Shown here: piece after piece, positions 50,222 through 62,520 of the stretch
Position numbering within the stretch: the first letter of the stretch is position 1
Layout of the letters: every line of letters starts with the position of its first letter
Source of the DNA: Octopus bimaculoides
Lineage: Eukaryota
Direction of reading: 5' to 3'
DNA length: 63,773 nucleotides
NCBI RefSeq assembly: GCF_001194135.2
Contig: NC_068991.1
Span: 25,549,695-25,613,467 of the forward strand
The notes under the pieces: model-generated
What the model was told of the DNA's origin: nothing
The model's database searches: none
What the model saw: the letters and a program-made list of their open reading frames with translations, nothing else
Program-made: the position numbers and the translations under genes

Positions 50222-50880
50222 AAGTGTGGATGCGTGGTAAGAAGCTTGTTTCCCAATCACATGGTCCCTTGTTCAGTCCCACTGCGTGGCACCTTGAGCA
50301 AGTGTCTTTTTATAGACACAGCCTTGTAGTTGGAAGGAAAGTGATAGAAGCCCATCGTATATATATATATATATATATATNNNNNNNNNNNNNNNNNNNN
50401 NNNNNNNNNNNNNNNNNNNNNNNNNNNNNNNNNNNNNNNNNNNNNNNNNNNNNNNNNNNNNNNNNNNNNNNNNNNNNNNNNNNNNNNNNNNNNNNNNNNN
50501 NNNNNNNNNNNNNNNNNNNNNNNNNNNNNNNNNNNNNNNNNNNNNNNNNNNNNNNNNNNNNNNNNNNNNNNNNNNNNNNNNNNNNNNNNNNNNNNNNNNN
50601 NNNNNNNNNNNNNNNNNNNNNNNNNNNNNNNNNNNNNNNNNNNNNNNNNNNNNNNNNNNNNNNNNNNNNNNNNNNNNNNNNNNNNNNNNNNNNNNNNNNN
50701 NNNNNNNNNNNNNNNNNNNNNNNNNNNNNNNNNNNNNNNNNNNNNNNNNNNNNNNNNNNNNNNNNNNNNNNNNNNNNNNNNNNNNNNNNNNNNNNNNNNN
50801 NNNNNNNNNNNNNNNNNNNNNNNNNNNNNNNNNNNNNNNNNNNNNNNNNNNNNNNNNNNNNNNNNNNNNNNNNNNNNNNN

Positions 50881-50936
<56 letters not shown>

Positions 50937-51190
50937 AGTGTGTGTGTGTGTGCGTGCGTGTGTGTGTGTGTGTCTGTGATTGTTTCTGAGTTTGTCACTC
51001 ATCACTGTTTGACAACCGTCGTTGCAGTTTTTTACGTCCCCGTAACTTGCAGTTCGACGTTAGAAATCGATAGCCTATGTATCTGGCTTAAAAAAGAAAG
51101 GACTTGGGACGATCCATTCGACTAAAATTCATTGAAGGCGGTGCCCCGGCGCGGCGCCAGTCTCACGAATGAAACAAGCAGATGATAAAA
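50222..51190 (+). mobile_element. SINE family B split by an internal TA/TG microsatellite and a gap
   Basis: Head 50222-50358, (TA)n, N, (TG)n, then tail 'gtttgtcactcatcactgtttgacaaccg...tacgtccccgtaacttgcagttcg...gaaacaag'. Confidence 0.85.
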
Positions 51191-51544
51191 TATATAAGAC
51201 ATGTTCCCAAGATTCCAGGTGGTGCAACTGATCCAAAGTCTCGTGGTAGAGAAGTAAACTTTTTAGTAACACAACCATTCCTGCCTGCACCTATACAGAG
51301 AGAATACTTCAGTCTAAGTCAGGTGTACTCAAAAGTTGCTGTTAATTAAAAATCATGCCAAGTAATCTAGATCTAGAAACATTTTGTCGTTAAAGTAAAT
51401 ATAGAAACACATTTGCAAGCGCATGGAAGATTTTTATACGAGGTCTGCTCAATCAGAGCCGGCCTGAGATTCATCAACAACAGTAACCAGATTAACCGGC
51501 ACGAACCTGTGGACACGCCTCTATATGATCACTCTGAAATAAAG

Positions 51545-51685
51545 CTGCTAAGCATCTTGCCGTCGTGCTAACGATTCTACCATCTCGCCGCCTTAATCGA
51601 CCTCAGGATCCAACTGGAACTTATTTTATCGTTACCCGAGAGGACGAAACACAAAGTCATCTGCGGAATTTGAATTCAAAACGTA
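51545..51685 (-). mobile_element. SINE family A fragments
   Basis: 'gctaagcatcttgccgtcgtgctaacgattctaccatctcgccgcc' and 'actggaacttattttatcg...gcggaatttgaattcaaaacgt'. Confidence 0.75.
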
Positions 51686-51705
51686 AATAAGAAGGATATA
51701 AGAAG

Positions 51706-52670
51706 AAGGAGTGGCTGTGTGGTAAGTAGCTTGCTTACCAGCCAAATGGTTCCGGGTTCATTCTTCACTGCGTGGCACCTTGGGCAATTGGATTTGGTAG
51801 ACAGAAACTGAAAGACGCCTGTCGTATATATTTATATACACACACACACACACACACACANNNNNNNNNNNNNNNNNNNNNNNNNNNNNNNNNNNNNNNN
51901 NNNNNNNNNNNNNNNNNNNNNNNNNNNNNNNNNNNNNNNNNNNNNNNNNNNNNNNNNNNNNNNNNNNNNNNNNNNNNNNNNNNNNNNNNNNNNNNNNNNN
52001 NNNNNNNNNNNNNNNNNNNNNNNNNNNNNNNNNNNNNNNNNNNNNNNNNNNNNNNNNNNNNNNNNNNNNNNNNNNNNNNNNNNNNNNNNNNNNNNNNNNN
52101 NNNNNNNNNNNNNNNNNNNNNNNNNNNNNNNNNNNNNNNNNNNNNNNNNNNNNNNNNNNNNNNNNNNNNNNNNNNNNNNNNNNNNNNNNNNNNNNNNNNN
52201 NNNNNNNNNNNNNNNNNNNNNNNNNNNNNNNNNNNNNNNNNNNNNNNNNNNNNNNNNNNNNNNNNNNNNNNNNNNNNNNNNNNNNNNNNNNNNNNNNNNN
52301 NNNNNNNNNNNNNNNNNNNNNNNNNNNNNNNNNNNNNNNNNNNNNNNNNNNNNNNNNNNNNNNNNNNNNNNNNNNNNNNNNNNNNNNNNNNNNNNNNNNN
52401 NNNNNNNNNNNNNNNNNNNNNNNNNNNNNNNNNNNNNNNNNNNNNNNNNNNNNNNNNNNNNNNNNNNNNNNNNNNNNNNNNNNNNNNNNNNNNATATGGT
52501 GGTGTGTTTACGTCCCCGTAACTTAGCGGTTCAGCAAAAGAGACCGATAAAATAGGTACTAGGCATCCAAAGAATAAGTCCTGGGGTCGATTTTCTCGAC
52601 TAAAGGCGGTGCTCCAGCATGACCGCAGTCAAATGACTGAAACAATTAATAGAGTAAAAGAGTAAAGAGT
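51706..52670 (+). mobile_element. SINE family B split by an internal microsatellite and a gap
   Basis: Head 'aggagtggctgtgtggtaagtagcttgcttacc...' and well-conserved tail 52495-52670 ending in 'gagtaaaagagtaaagag'. Confidence 0.88.
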
Positions 52671-52864
52671 ATACCGTACTGACGATTCTGCTAGGTCGCC
52701 GCCTTAAGGGTGTTACACTTGATGTGACTGCAGTGTACTGCAACCGATCTGTCAGCTTTACTTGTCGGAATCCCACATATGGGTGAGAGTGTGGCCCTCT
52801 GTAGTACCATGCACGTCCTTTGAACTCGTTGGCACACATCGGTAGTTGATGAAATCGTGTCCTG

Positions 52865-53015
52865 TACCGTACTGGCTTTTATATTTTAGCGTTTCCGAAA
52901 AGGTTAAATGTAAAAACTAACCTAGCTGGGATTTGAACGCAGAATGTAAAGTTCAGGAACGAGTATTACGAGGTACTTTTTATTTATTTATCCGACACAC
53001 CAACGTTTCTGCCAA
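52865..53015 (-). mobile_element. SINE family A fragment
   Basis: 'actggctttt..ttttagcgtttccgaaaaggttaaatgtaaa...ggatttgaacgcagaatgt...aacgtttctgccaacc'. Confidence 0.65.
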
Positions 53016-53154
53016 CCCATTACCCTTCTGTACAGTTAGAATAACCATAACTAATTTTATGTAACTTTGTAACTTTTTCTTCTTCATTTCCCTGACCCAA
53101 TTGTCTACCATCTGTCATAACACGGTAACTTGCTATTGGAATGTTTTTACTAAA

Positions 53155-53204
<50 letters not shown>

Positions 53205-53252
53205 CATTATTATTATTATTATCATCATCATCATCATCATTATTATTATTAT
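53155..53252. repeat. (ATT)n/(ATC)n microsatellite
   Basis: Directly visible. Confidence 0.95.
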
Positions 53253-55761
53253 CTTTCTAATATAGCTCTTTACGTCTTATGCTTTTCTCTAGGTGTTATA
53301 TTACAGCCACAGTTTTACACCTGACTACCGTAGATTATTTTTATATTATTTTCTACCCCTTTTTCTCTGCATCTCTATCTCTCTCTCCCTCTTTCTGTCG
53401 CTCTGTCTCTGTATCTCTGTCTCTCTGTTTCTCTCTCTTGAAGTTTTGAAATATATTAATCTAAATAAAACATTTACATATATTCTTTACTTGATATTTT
53501 ATTTGTTATTTACTCGAACCATCATTAAATTTAACACCCGCTTAAATATTGTCAACATTCCAAATACACAAAATGTTTGTTTTCTTATCTGTTTATACAC
53601 TTCTTTTCCATTTTAATTTCTAGTTTTCCTTCTAAGCAACTAACTAACACCGAGAAGATCTTTACGAATTACTTTCAAAGCCCACACTTAGCTGAATGAT
53701 TTATATCGCTAATGCGCCTGTCACACAGCTTTTCAATTCTTCTCCACTTCCATTGCCTCTATTTTAAAGGCATATGACATTTCAAGTGTTTTATTTCGGA
53801 GCATAACTGTGTACGTATGAGTAAACGGTAAGATATGTGTATATATGTGTGATATATTGACGGCGTACAGAGTAATTGAAGTGATGGTAGTATACGCTAG
53901 CCAGTATCTTACTCTACCTGAATTCAGAGCCCAGCAATATGTATAGTCTTTGCATTTACTATACCAAGTTAGTCCAGCGTATATTGTGCGACAGAAAATT
54001 GCTCTGTGTGTTATACAGCCATTGCTGTAACATTATTGACGTTAGGTAAATGTAATTGCTGTCTTCATGTATCTAATGCATTACAGTTTCTTTGCTGCTT
54101 AGTTATCGTTATGTTTTAAATGCCTGTATACCATGCATTCGCATTTGAAAATATTGTGAGCACGTAAAATATGAACGATTATTTGCCGCACACTCTACGT
54201 TGTTACATAAGAACAATCGAATTTGTTATTTTTGAGACAGCAGGAGAAAGTGTTAGCCCCGATTTTTTTTAGGTCGTGTGAAAATGATCGGAAGAAGATG
54301 TCTTAAAACCGAAGACTTTTACGAGGACGTTGACAACAGATTAAATTCCCCTAAAGGCACCTCAGTTATCAGGAAGTGTTCTTATAACTGTGCAATAAAT
54401 AAACAGGTCTCATCACACATTTATAGAAATATTAATTAAGGATTAAATAAAAACTGAGTTTAAGAAAACTAATGATAATCTGTGTCGGCAGATTAATTTG
54501 AACTCAGTAATTGACTGGTACTGTACTTCATACAACCCGGAAGAACTACAGGTATAGTTGACCTAGATCAAACTGGGACTCAAATCGTAAAGTACAGGAA
54601 AAATATCACAAAGGGATATCGCTCGACTTTCTTATTAAAAACCAACTTCCGTTTTGTAATGAAATTATTTTCTAAGAGGTCGAGTGTTATCAGTGTAGTA
54701 CAGCTCACGGTCTGGCTTCGATTTGTGCGTGCGTGTATATATATATATATATATACAGTCTCTTTGTGTGACTTGTACAAACACTGGATTGTCTGAATGA
54801 ATAGTAGGAAAATATCTTATAGCATTTACGTTCTTGTTACAGACCCCGCTCAGATCAATTTTGCCCTCCATCCACCCCAGTAATATAAAATAAATGACAA
54901 ATCATTTCGAGAACCCAGTTGATATCTCCCAGAAATTTTCACAAGACATAGACGTCATTTTTTGGTAAATTTCCTTTATTTCTGATAAAAAATCATAGTT
55001 TCTTATTTGTCCGGAGTTTAATAGTACAAAAATGAAGCATGTTTTGATCTTTATGCATCATGTAAACGCCTTGCACCGAATGCGTGACCTTGTTACTCTG
55101 CTAAAAATACATCAAATGCAGAAAATACGTGTATTCATTCTAAGGTGTTAAACTGAAATTGACTAACGTGTTGGAAAGATAAAGCATATGTTATTGTTAG
55201 GTGTGTGGCATACATATCGAAACCATGTCTAAGATGACGCTACAGGGCTAAAGAAAACATCAACAAAATAAATATGAAAAAACAGCAAGAACAGTATAAA
55301 CAAACAACAGCAATAACAACAGTAATACTGTAATTTCTTATAGTTGGTACAAATCCAAGAATGTTTGTGGAGAAAATTATTGTCGATTAAATGCACACTG
55401 ATACTTGGCTGGGAATTCGTTTTATCCGCAGTGGATAAAGACCAAAGTTGACCACTGTGATATATAAAGTAAGAATCTAATAAGAATTATCCAGACATTA
55501 TCCAGAGTTCTACAGATTCTACACAATTTGCTATGATGTTCACCAGGTGACACATTTTATGAGAAGAGTATTATCTCCTTAGGCAACTAAGGTTTTGTTC
55601 TAAAAGTCGTGGGTTCTACACCCGATCCAGGAGGTAAGTTGTGTCAGTAAGCATGATGCTTTTTTCTAGTAGGTCACTCAGATGGTTAAAATGAGTATTA
55701 AATGAATATTAAAATGACAGAGTATCAGGTATGGTGAAATTATTGTGGCAGTTATGGAAAA

Positions 55762-55962
55762 ATAAGGCGGTGAGCTGTCAGAATCGTAAGCGCACCGGGC
55801 ATTTCTCCGTTTTTACCTTTTGAGTTCAAGTTTCCTCGAGGTCGATTATACCTCTCATCCTTTCGAGGTCGATAAAATAAGTACCGGTTGAGTACTGGTG
55901 TCCATGTATTCAGCTTACCCAGTCGCCTGAAGTTACTGGCATTGTGACAAAAATTGAAACCA
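55762..55962 (+). mobile_element. SINE family A, near complete
   Basis: 'aaggcggtgagctgtcagaatcgtaagcgcaccgggc...gagttcaagtttcctcgaggtcga...gataaaataagtaccggttgag...aaaattgaaaccaat'. Confidence 0.88.
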
Positions 55963-57708
55963 ATATATATGAAAGAATAAAAAGAATACATACAAATAAG
56001 TTGCCAACCAAGATATTTCAGAACACTTCAGCTCCGACCACGTTTTAAACCTAATACCCCTTTGTGTAAAGCATGGGATATCCAAACAAAGCCGAGAGCA
56101 TTTTGCAGGAGTCAGCCGTGACGTGAACGGTCCTACATCCTCTACGGTTTGATTATTCAAACGTACATAGAACATCACCGTGGACATTGCGAAAAGTGCT
56201 TTGTATTCCATGTCCAACGCATATTATGGCTTGATACTTTCCTCCAGATTTTGCAGTCATGTAATCACTTCCATGCTGGACCACAATGAAGTCGTAAGCC
56301 TGCTGTGTAGTTGAGTACACTTTTCTTCACTTGCGAGTACTTTGATTCTGTCCTTGTTTTCTTGCCTGTTCCATTAATTTCATATTCCTGATCGTCTTCC
56401 GTCTCCTTTGACTCGTCTTGCGAGGAATGACTTATCGCTGATTATAACGGCATCCTGTTTAATACTTAGAATCATCAAGCGAGGCCACTTTTTCCATCAT
56501 TTCGCGAGATGGAAGTAGTGGTTACTTGACAAATCACTTTAGTCTGTCTCAGAACAACCAACTTTTGTCGTGAGAAAAGAAGAGTACCCTAGACTTCATA
56601 TCGCATGGAGTAGAGAGATAAATGTATTTCTCATCTAATTGATTAGATGAGGAAGTGATTGCATGTCTTGTGGATTTGACATAGACTAGTGAAAAGGACT
56701 GGAGCTTATAGACGCGGCTATTTACAGATTTACCATCTTATGGACTGGACTAATCCACCCCACCAAAGCGTTATTGTAAGGATCGGCCTTACCTTTATAC
56801 ACAACACAAACTTATCTCTATACTACATATCAATTTATAAGAAGATAAAGCAATGGCTCACGTTCGAGCCTTTTCTCTTTGCTTATTTTCATATTCTGTT
56901 AGATGATAAGAAGACTAGACTTTTATGTCACTACACCAGTCCTATTCTGTCTCGGACTCCTGTCACCAGACTAAACCAATCGCTTAGGTCAGGGATTCTG
57001 AATTATTTCTTTTTATCTATGGAACCGTTTGATTACTATTTTATTTCGAATGACCTCTATAGCCATTCGATGTTTAAAAATTAGTTTTATAGAAACTTCT
57101 TTCATAATACCTTGTTTGCTTTTCACACATTAACTTGTCTCGGTTGAACTATGTAAAATGTTAGAGAAAGAAAACTAGCTGTTTCTGGCAATACATACCA
57201 TGCATACGTCTAAAGCAAAATGTCTTCAGGGGTCCTTAAAATACTGCTGTGGATTCTCAATTTACAATTTTGTGGTATGGACCCCCAACAGTCTTATGTG
57301 AACCCTCAGGGGCCTAATGGACCCTGGTTGAGAACTATTGGCTTAGGTTCACTGATTGTCTTCGCATATAATTTTCTTTGAAAGCTTTATGTACTGGATG
57401 CGCATACAAATATATTTAAATATACACATAACATTTACGTACTCTTTTCCACACATGTTCTCGCTCCCTCTTTCTCTCTCTCATACACACGCACGCGCAC
57501 TCAAGTCCACGCGCTCACGCGCATGTATACCTTTCAATCGCAAACACAGTAACATTAAAATAAAATGTTATAAATCATTAAAGTTATTTTCAGTATAATT
57601 GTCCCTTCATCCCTCCGTCTCTTTCTTTCTGCCCCTCTCTGTATCTCTCTGTCTCTCGGTGCATATATACATTAATGTATATATTTATATATATATATAC
57701 CTATATAT

Positions 57709-57741
<33 letters not shown>

Positions 57742-58007
57742 NNNNNNNNNNNNNNNNNNNNNNNNNNNNNNNNNNNNNNNNNNNNNNNNNNNNNNNNNNN
57801 NNNNNNNNNNNNNNNNNNNNNNNNNNNNNNNNNNNNNNNNNNNNNNNNNNNNNNNNNNNNNNNNNNNNNNNNNNNNNNNNNNNNNNNNNNNNNNNNNNNN
57901 NNNNNNNNNNNNNNNNNNNNNNNNNNNNNNNNNNNNNNNNNNNNNNNNNNNNNNNNNNNNNNNNNNNNNNNNNNNNNNNNNNNNNNNNNNNNNNNNNNNN
58001 NNNNNNN

Positions 58008-58080
<73 letters not shown>

Positions 58081-58758
58081 CATGTATATATTTAAATATA
58101 TATATTTAACACATATAGGAGTGTGTCTGCGTATACATTACATATATGTATGTATTTTTTATATTGACATATATATATATGTATATATACCAATATGTGT
58201 ATGTGAATATATGATGTATATATTAATATAAATATGTATGTATATATACACACACCCACAGACGCGCACGCACGCACACAAACACACATATACATACATA
58301 TACGCTGCCAAGTACGTATGCATGCATGCACGCATGTATGTATTCTATCTCCAAATTTGATTCAGTCGTCTGTTCTAAACAACTCGTTGATGGTTCTGTA
58401 CGTATAATGGAAGGGAATGTAATTACAGAGTATATATTTAATTAACTGGCGAAGCTTTGATCAAGTAGGAAATGTCCGTAATGGCGTACAACACTTAACG
58501 CTTGCACGTGATCAGCGGTGCTACGTACTAAAGTTCACAGCTGCAGTAAATATCATTTTCGCCGCACAAACAAGGATGATTTCAAATAGTTGTGCAACCT
58601 TTAAAAAAAAATGTTCAGCGAAATTATAGTAAAACCACATTCTCTTCATATATACATGCATACATACATACATGCATGCATACGTACATGCATACATATT
58701 TGTCTATCTGTGTATGAATACCTTAACACAAACACAGACACACATACATACATATATA

Positions 58759-59040
58759 GGCGTAGGAGTGGCTGTGTGGTAAGACGTGTGCAACTTGGGC
58801 AAGTGTCTTCTACTATAGCATCGGGCAACGAAAGCCTTGTGAGAGGATTTTGTAGACAGAAAGTGAAAAAAAGCTCGTCATATGTATATATATATATGTG
58901 AGTATGTGTGTCTGTGTTTTTCCCTCCACCATCGCTTGACAACCGATGTTGGTGTGTTAATGTCCTCGTAATTTAGCAGTTCGGTAAAAGTAACCGATAG
59001 AATAAATTGGCTTACAAAGAATAAGTCCTTGGGTCGATTT
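58759..59040 (+). mobile_element. SINE family B with short internal TA/TG tract
   Basis: Head with deletion, then '(ta)n(tg)n', then 'ccaccatcgcttgacaaccgatgttggtgtg...gggtcgattt'. Confidence 0.85.
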
Positions 59041-59574
59041 ATATATATATATATATATATATATNNNNNNNNNNNNNNNNNNNNNNNNNNNNNNNNNNNN
59101 NNNNNNNNNNNNNNNNNNNNNNNNNNNNNNNNNNNNNNNNNNNNNNNNNNNNNNNNNNNNNNNNNNNNNNNNNNNNNNNNNNNNNNNNNNNNNNNNNNNN
59201 NNNNNNNNNNNNNNNNNNNNNNNNNNNNNNNNNNNNNNNNNNNNNNNNNNNNNNNNNNNNNNNNNNNNNNNNNNNNNNNNNNNNNNNNNNNNNNNNNNNN
59301 NNNNNNNNNNNNNNNNNNNNNNNNNNNNNNNNNNNNNNNNNNNNNNNNNNNNNNNNNNNNNNNNNNNNNNNNNNNNNNNNNNNNNNNNNNNNNNNNNNNN
59401 NNNNNNNNNNNNNNNNNNNNNNNNNNNNNNNNNNNNNNNNNNNNNNNNNNNNNNNNNNNNNNNNNNNNNNNNNNNNNNNNNNNNNNNNNNNNNNNNNNNN
59501 NNNNNNNNNNNNNNNNNNNNNNNNNNNNNNNNNNNNNNNNNNNNNNNNNNNNNNNNNNNNNNNNNNNNNNNNNN

Positions 59575-59614
<40 letters not shown>

Positions 59615-59699
59615 TGTCTTCCTGTCTCTCTCCATATATATGTACATAAACGCTTGAACGTCTGCTTTAAACATCCACGCAGAAACTGCATATATACAG

Positions 59700-60017
59700 G
59701 CATTCTGTCGGTTACGACGACGAGGGTTCAAGTTGATCCGATGAACGAACAGCCCGCTCGTGAAATTAACGTCCAAGTGGCTGGGCATTCCACAGACATG
59801 CGTGCCCTTAACCTAGTGTTAAGGGAGATTCAGCGTGTCACAGGATTTGATAAGGCTGGTTCTTTTAAATATATGCACTGCTCACGTTTGCTAGCTGAAT
59901 GGACTGGAGCAACGTGAAATAATGTTTCTAGGCCAGGGACAGAGATCTCCTCCGGGAATTGAACCCACGACTTATGATTGTGAACCGAATGCCCTAACGA
60001 CTACGCCACTCGCCTTC
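59700..60017 (-). mobile_element. SINE family C, near complete
   Basis: tRNA-like head at the right end (reverse complement: gagtggcgtagtcgttagggcattcggttcacaatcataagtcgtgggttcaattcccgg). Confidence 0.88.
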
Positions 60018-60234
60018 GCAAACTGCATATACGAATCCACAACTACTCACAGCGGAAGTACAGCTGGAAAGAGTAATTTGCATATAAAACGGATTCTTGA
60101 TCTCTCGTCCGATTAATATATTACTAGGAGATTAATAGTGTTTTGTCTCAAAGCTATACAGTAGCACAGCTTATGTCTACAGATGTTTGAACAATACTGT
60201 AAATAATAGAGAAATGTAAGATCCTTCTCTTTGT

Positions 60235-60430
60235 TCTTTTATTCTTTTATTCTTTTACTTGTTTCAATCATCAGACAGCGGCCATGCTGGGGCATTATTT
60301 CAAACATATTTAGTCTAACGATTCGATCCCAATACTCATGTTTTTTTAAAGCTTGGTGCTTATTTCATCGATCTCTTTTTCCGAATCGCTAATTTACAGG
60401 GACAATTTACAGCGGTTGTGGGGAACAAAC
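60235..60430 (-). mobile_element. SINE family B tail
   Basis: 'ttcttttacttgtttcaatcatcagacagcggccatgctggggca...cttatttcatcgatctctttttccgaatcgctaa'. Confidence 0.75.
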
Positions 60431-60447
60431 ACGCGCCCGCGCCCGCC

Positions 60448-60483
<36 letters not shown>

Positions 60484-60583
60484 TCATTATTATTACTTTC
60501 GTTGTTGTTCAGGTCACTGCTTGGAATCGAACTCGGAATCTTGGGGTTAGTAACCCGCGCTCTTAACCACAACGCCATATGCC
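60484..60583 (-). mobile_element. Short (~75 nt + tail) tRNA-derived SINE ending in AAC/AAT repeats
   Basis: Reverse complement GGCATATGGCGTTGTGGTTAAGAGCGCGGGTTACTAACCCCAAGATTCCGAGTTCGATTCCAAGCAGTGACCTGAACAACAAC..TAATAATAAT. A box and B box are present, but there is no good acceptor stem. Confidence 0.75.
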
Positions 60584-62394
60584 ATATATATATATATATA
60601 TATATANNNNNNNNNNNNNNNNNNNNNNNNNNNNNNNNNNNNNNNNNNNNNNNNNNNNNNNNNNNNNNNNNNNNNNNNNNNNNNNNNNNNNNNNNNNNNN
60701 NNNNNNNNNNNNNNNNNNNNNNNNNNNNNNNNNNNNNNNNNNNNNNNNNNNNNNNNNNNNNNNNNNNNNNNNNNNNNNNNNNNNNNNNNNNNNNNNNNNN
60801 NNNNNNNNNNNNNNNNNNNNNNNNNNNNNNNNNNNNNNNNNNNNNNNNNNNNNNNNNNNNNNNNNNNNNNNNNNNNNNNNNNNNNNNNNNNNNNNNNNNN
60901 NNNNNNNNNNNNNNNNNNNNNNNNNNNNNNNNNNNNNNNNNNNNNNNNNNNNNNNNNNNNNNNNNNNNNNNNNNNNNNNNNNNNNNNNNNNNNNNNNNNN
61001 NNNNNNNNNNNNNNNNNNNNNNNNNNNNNNNNNNNNNNNNNNNNNNNNNNNNNNNNNNNNNNNNNNNNNNNNNNNNNNNNNNNNNNNNNNNNNNNNNNNN
61101 NNNNNNNNNNNNNNNNNNNNNNNNNNNNNNNNNNNNNNNNNNNNNNNNNNNNNNNNNNNNNNNNNNNNNNNNNNNNNNNNNNNNNNNNNNNNNNNNNNNN
61201 NNNNNNNNNNNNNNNNNNNNNNNNNNNNNNNNNNNNNNNNNNNNNNNNNNNNNNNNNNNNNNNNNNNNNNNNNNNNNNNNNNNNNNNNNNNNNNNNNNNN
61301 NNNNNNNNNNNNNNNNNNNNNNNNNNNNNNNNNNNNNNNNNNNNNNNNNNNNNNNNNNNNNNNNNNNNNNNNNNNNNNNNNNNNNNNNNNNNNNNNNNNN
61401 NNNNNNNNNNNNNNNNNNNNNNNNNNNNNNNNNNNNNNNNNNNNNNNNNNNNNNNNNNNNNNNNNNNNNNNNNNNNNNNNNNNNNNNNNNNNNNNNNNNN
61501 NNNNNNNNNNNNNNNNNNNNNNNNNNNNNNNNNNNNNNNNNNNNNNNNNNNNNTATATATATCGGCAAACTAGCAGAATCGTTAGCATGCCGGAGAAAAT
61601 TCCGCTAAGTATTTTGTCCGGTATATTATCGGTTCTGCCAGCTCACCGCCACCTTCTTAATAATAAGATTTTTTTTCCTTTTTTTTTTTTTATCAGACGT
61701 GTACATCACGATTCCTGCATCAACGAAAACAAATGTCATTTACTTCCTCTGTACGTACGTAACTACACCCAAACCAATACTTTAACGACGTTAGCAAATA
61801 TACGTTGCTTTATGTGGTATTTAGTGTTTTATTTTGTCTACAGTATAATTAGTTTGTAGTCACAATGACGTCGTTCTATTTCCATCGGGAATGAGATTTA
61901 CATCAGAGATACACATGAAATACCAGGAGTTGATCATGCTACCCCAGGTAAATCTATAAACCTAGGACGCCAGGGAAATTTTGTCTAGCTTTCTACATCT
62001 TAATTATACATCTACACTAGGCTTTTTATCAGACAAAAAAAAAATGTTTTTATTTATTTATTTTTTTATCTAATATTATTCCTGCATATATTGAACAATA
62101 TTCTGCACAACTCGCTCCAACTCCATCTCATTCATTAACGAATTCTGAAACTCAATAAGATTTTTCCTTTCTCCTTAATTCCTTATCTTGCAAAAATCTC
62201 TCATCACGCTAACCGCTCCTCATCTCCACTTCCAATGCTATTTCCATTATCACACTTCCTTCCTTCTTCCCTCCCTCCCTCCCTCCTCACTTCCTTCCTT
62301 CATTCAAACATACATTCATATGCCCTCCTTTTCCTCTCCCTCTCCTCTTCGTGTTGTTCTTTTTCTTCTTCATCATCGTCCTCCACTTCCTACT

Positions 62395-62520
62395 CCTTTT
62401 TCACCTCCTTTTCATTTTCCTCCTAGTTTTCATTTTCCTCCTCCTTTTCATTTTCCTCCTAGTTTTCATTTTCCTCCTCCTCCTTTTCATTTTCCTCCTC
62501 CTTCTCATTTTCCTACTCCA
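62395..62520. repeat. 18-bp minisatellite (TTTTCATTTTCCTCCTCC / ..CCTAG alternating) inside a ~450-bp polypyrimidine tract (62240-62700)
   Basis: About 6 units directly visible; translates as FHFPPS/FHFPPP. Confidence 0.9.

Larger units (their letters stand above)
871..61553. other. 15 assembly gaps (N): 871-1001, 1910-2606, 10635-11172, 12137-12429, 30029-30050, 31853-32050, 34074-34205, 39368-39851, 41061-41070, 46850-47038, 50381-50880, 51861-52494, 57742-58007, 59065-59574, 60607-61553
   Basis: Runs of N, most bordered by (TA)n or (CA)n/(TG)n. They generate the X-rich ORFs in the track. Confidence 0.97.

Noticed and set aside
60515-60583. Possible genuine tRNA gene (also the heads at 48700-48777 and 59940-60017)
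   Set aside because: A and B boxes are present but acceptor and anticodon stems do not pair properly, and each continues into a SINE body or tail.
782-61859. Long ORFs rich in X, YI, CV, TH, LS, poly-I, poly-N or poly-V
   Set aside because: They are translations of N gaps and microsatellites, not proteins.
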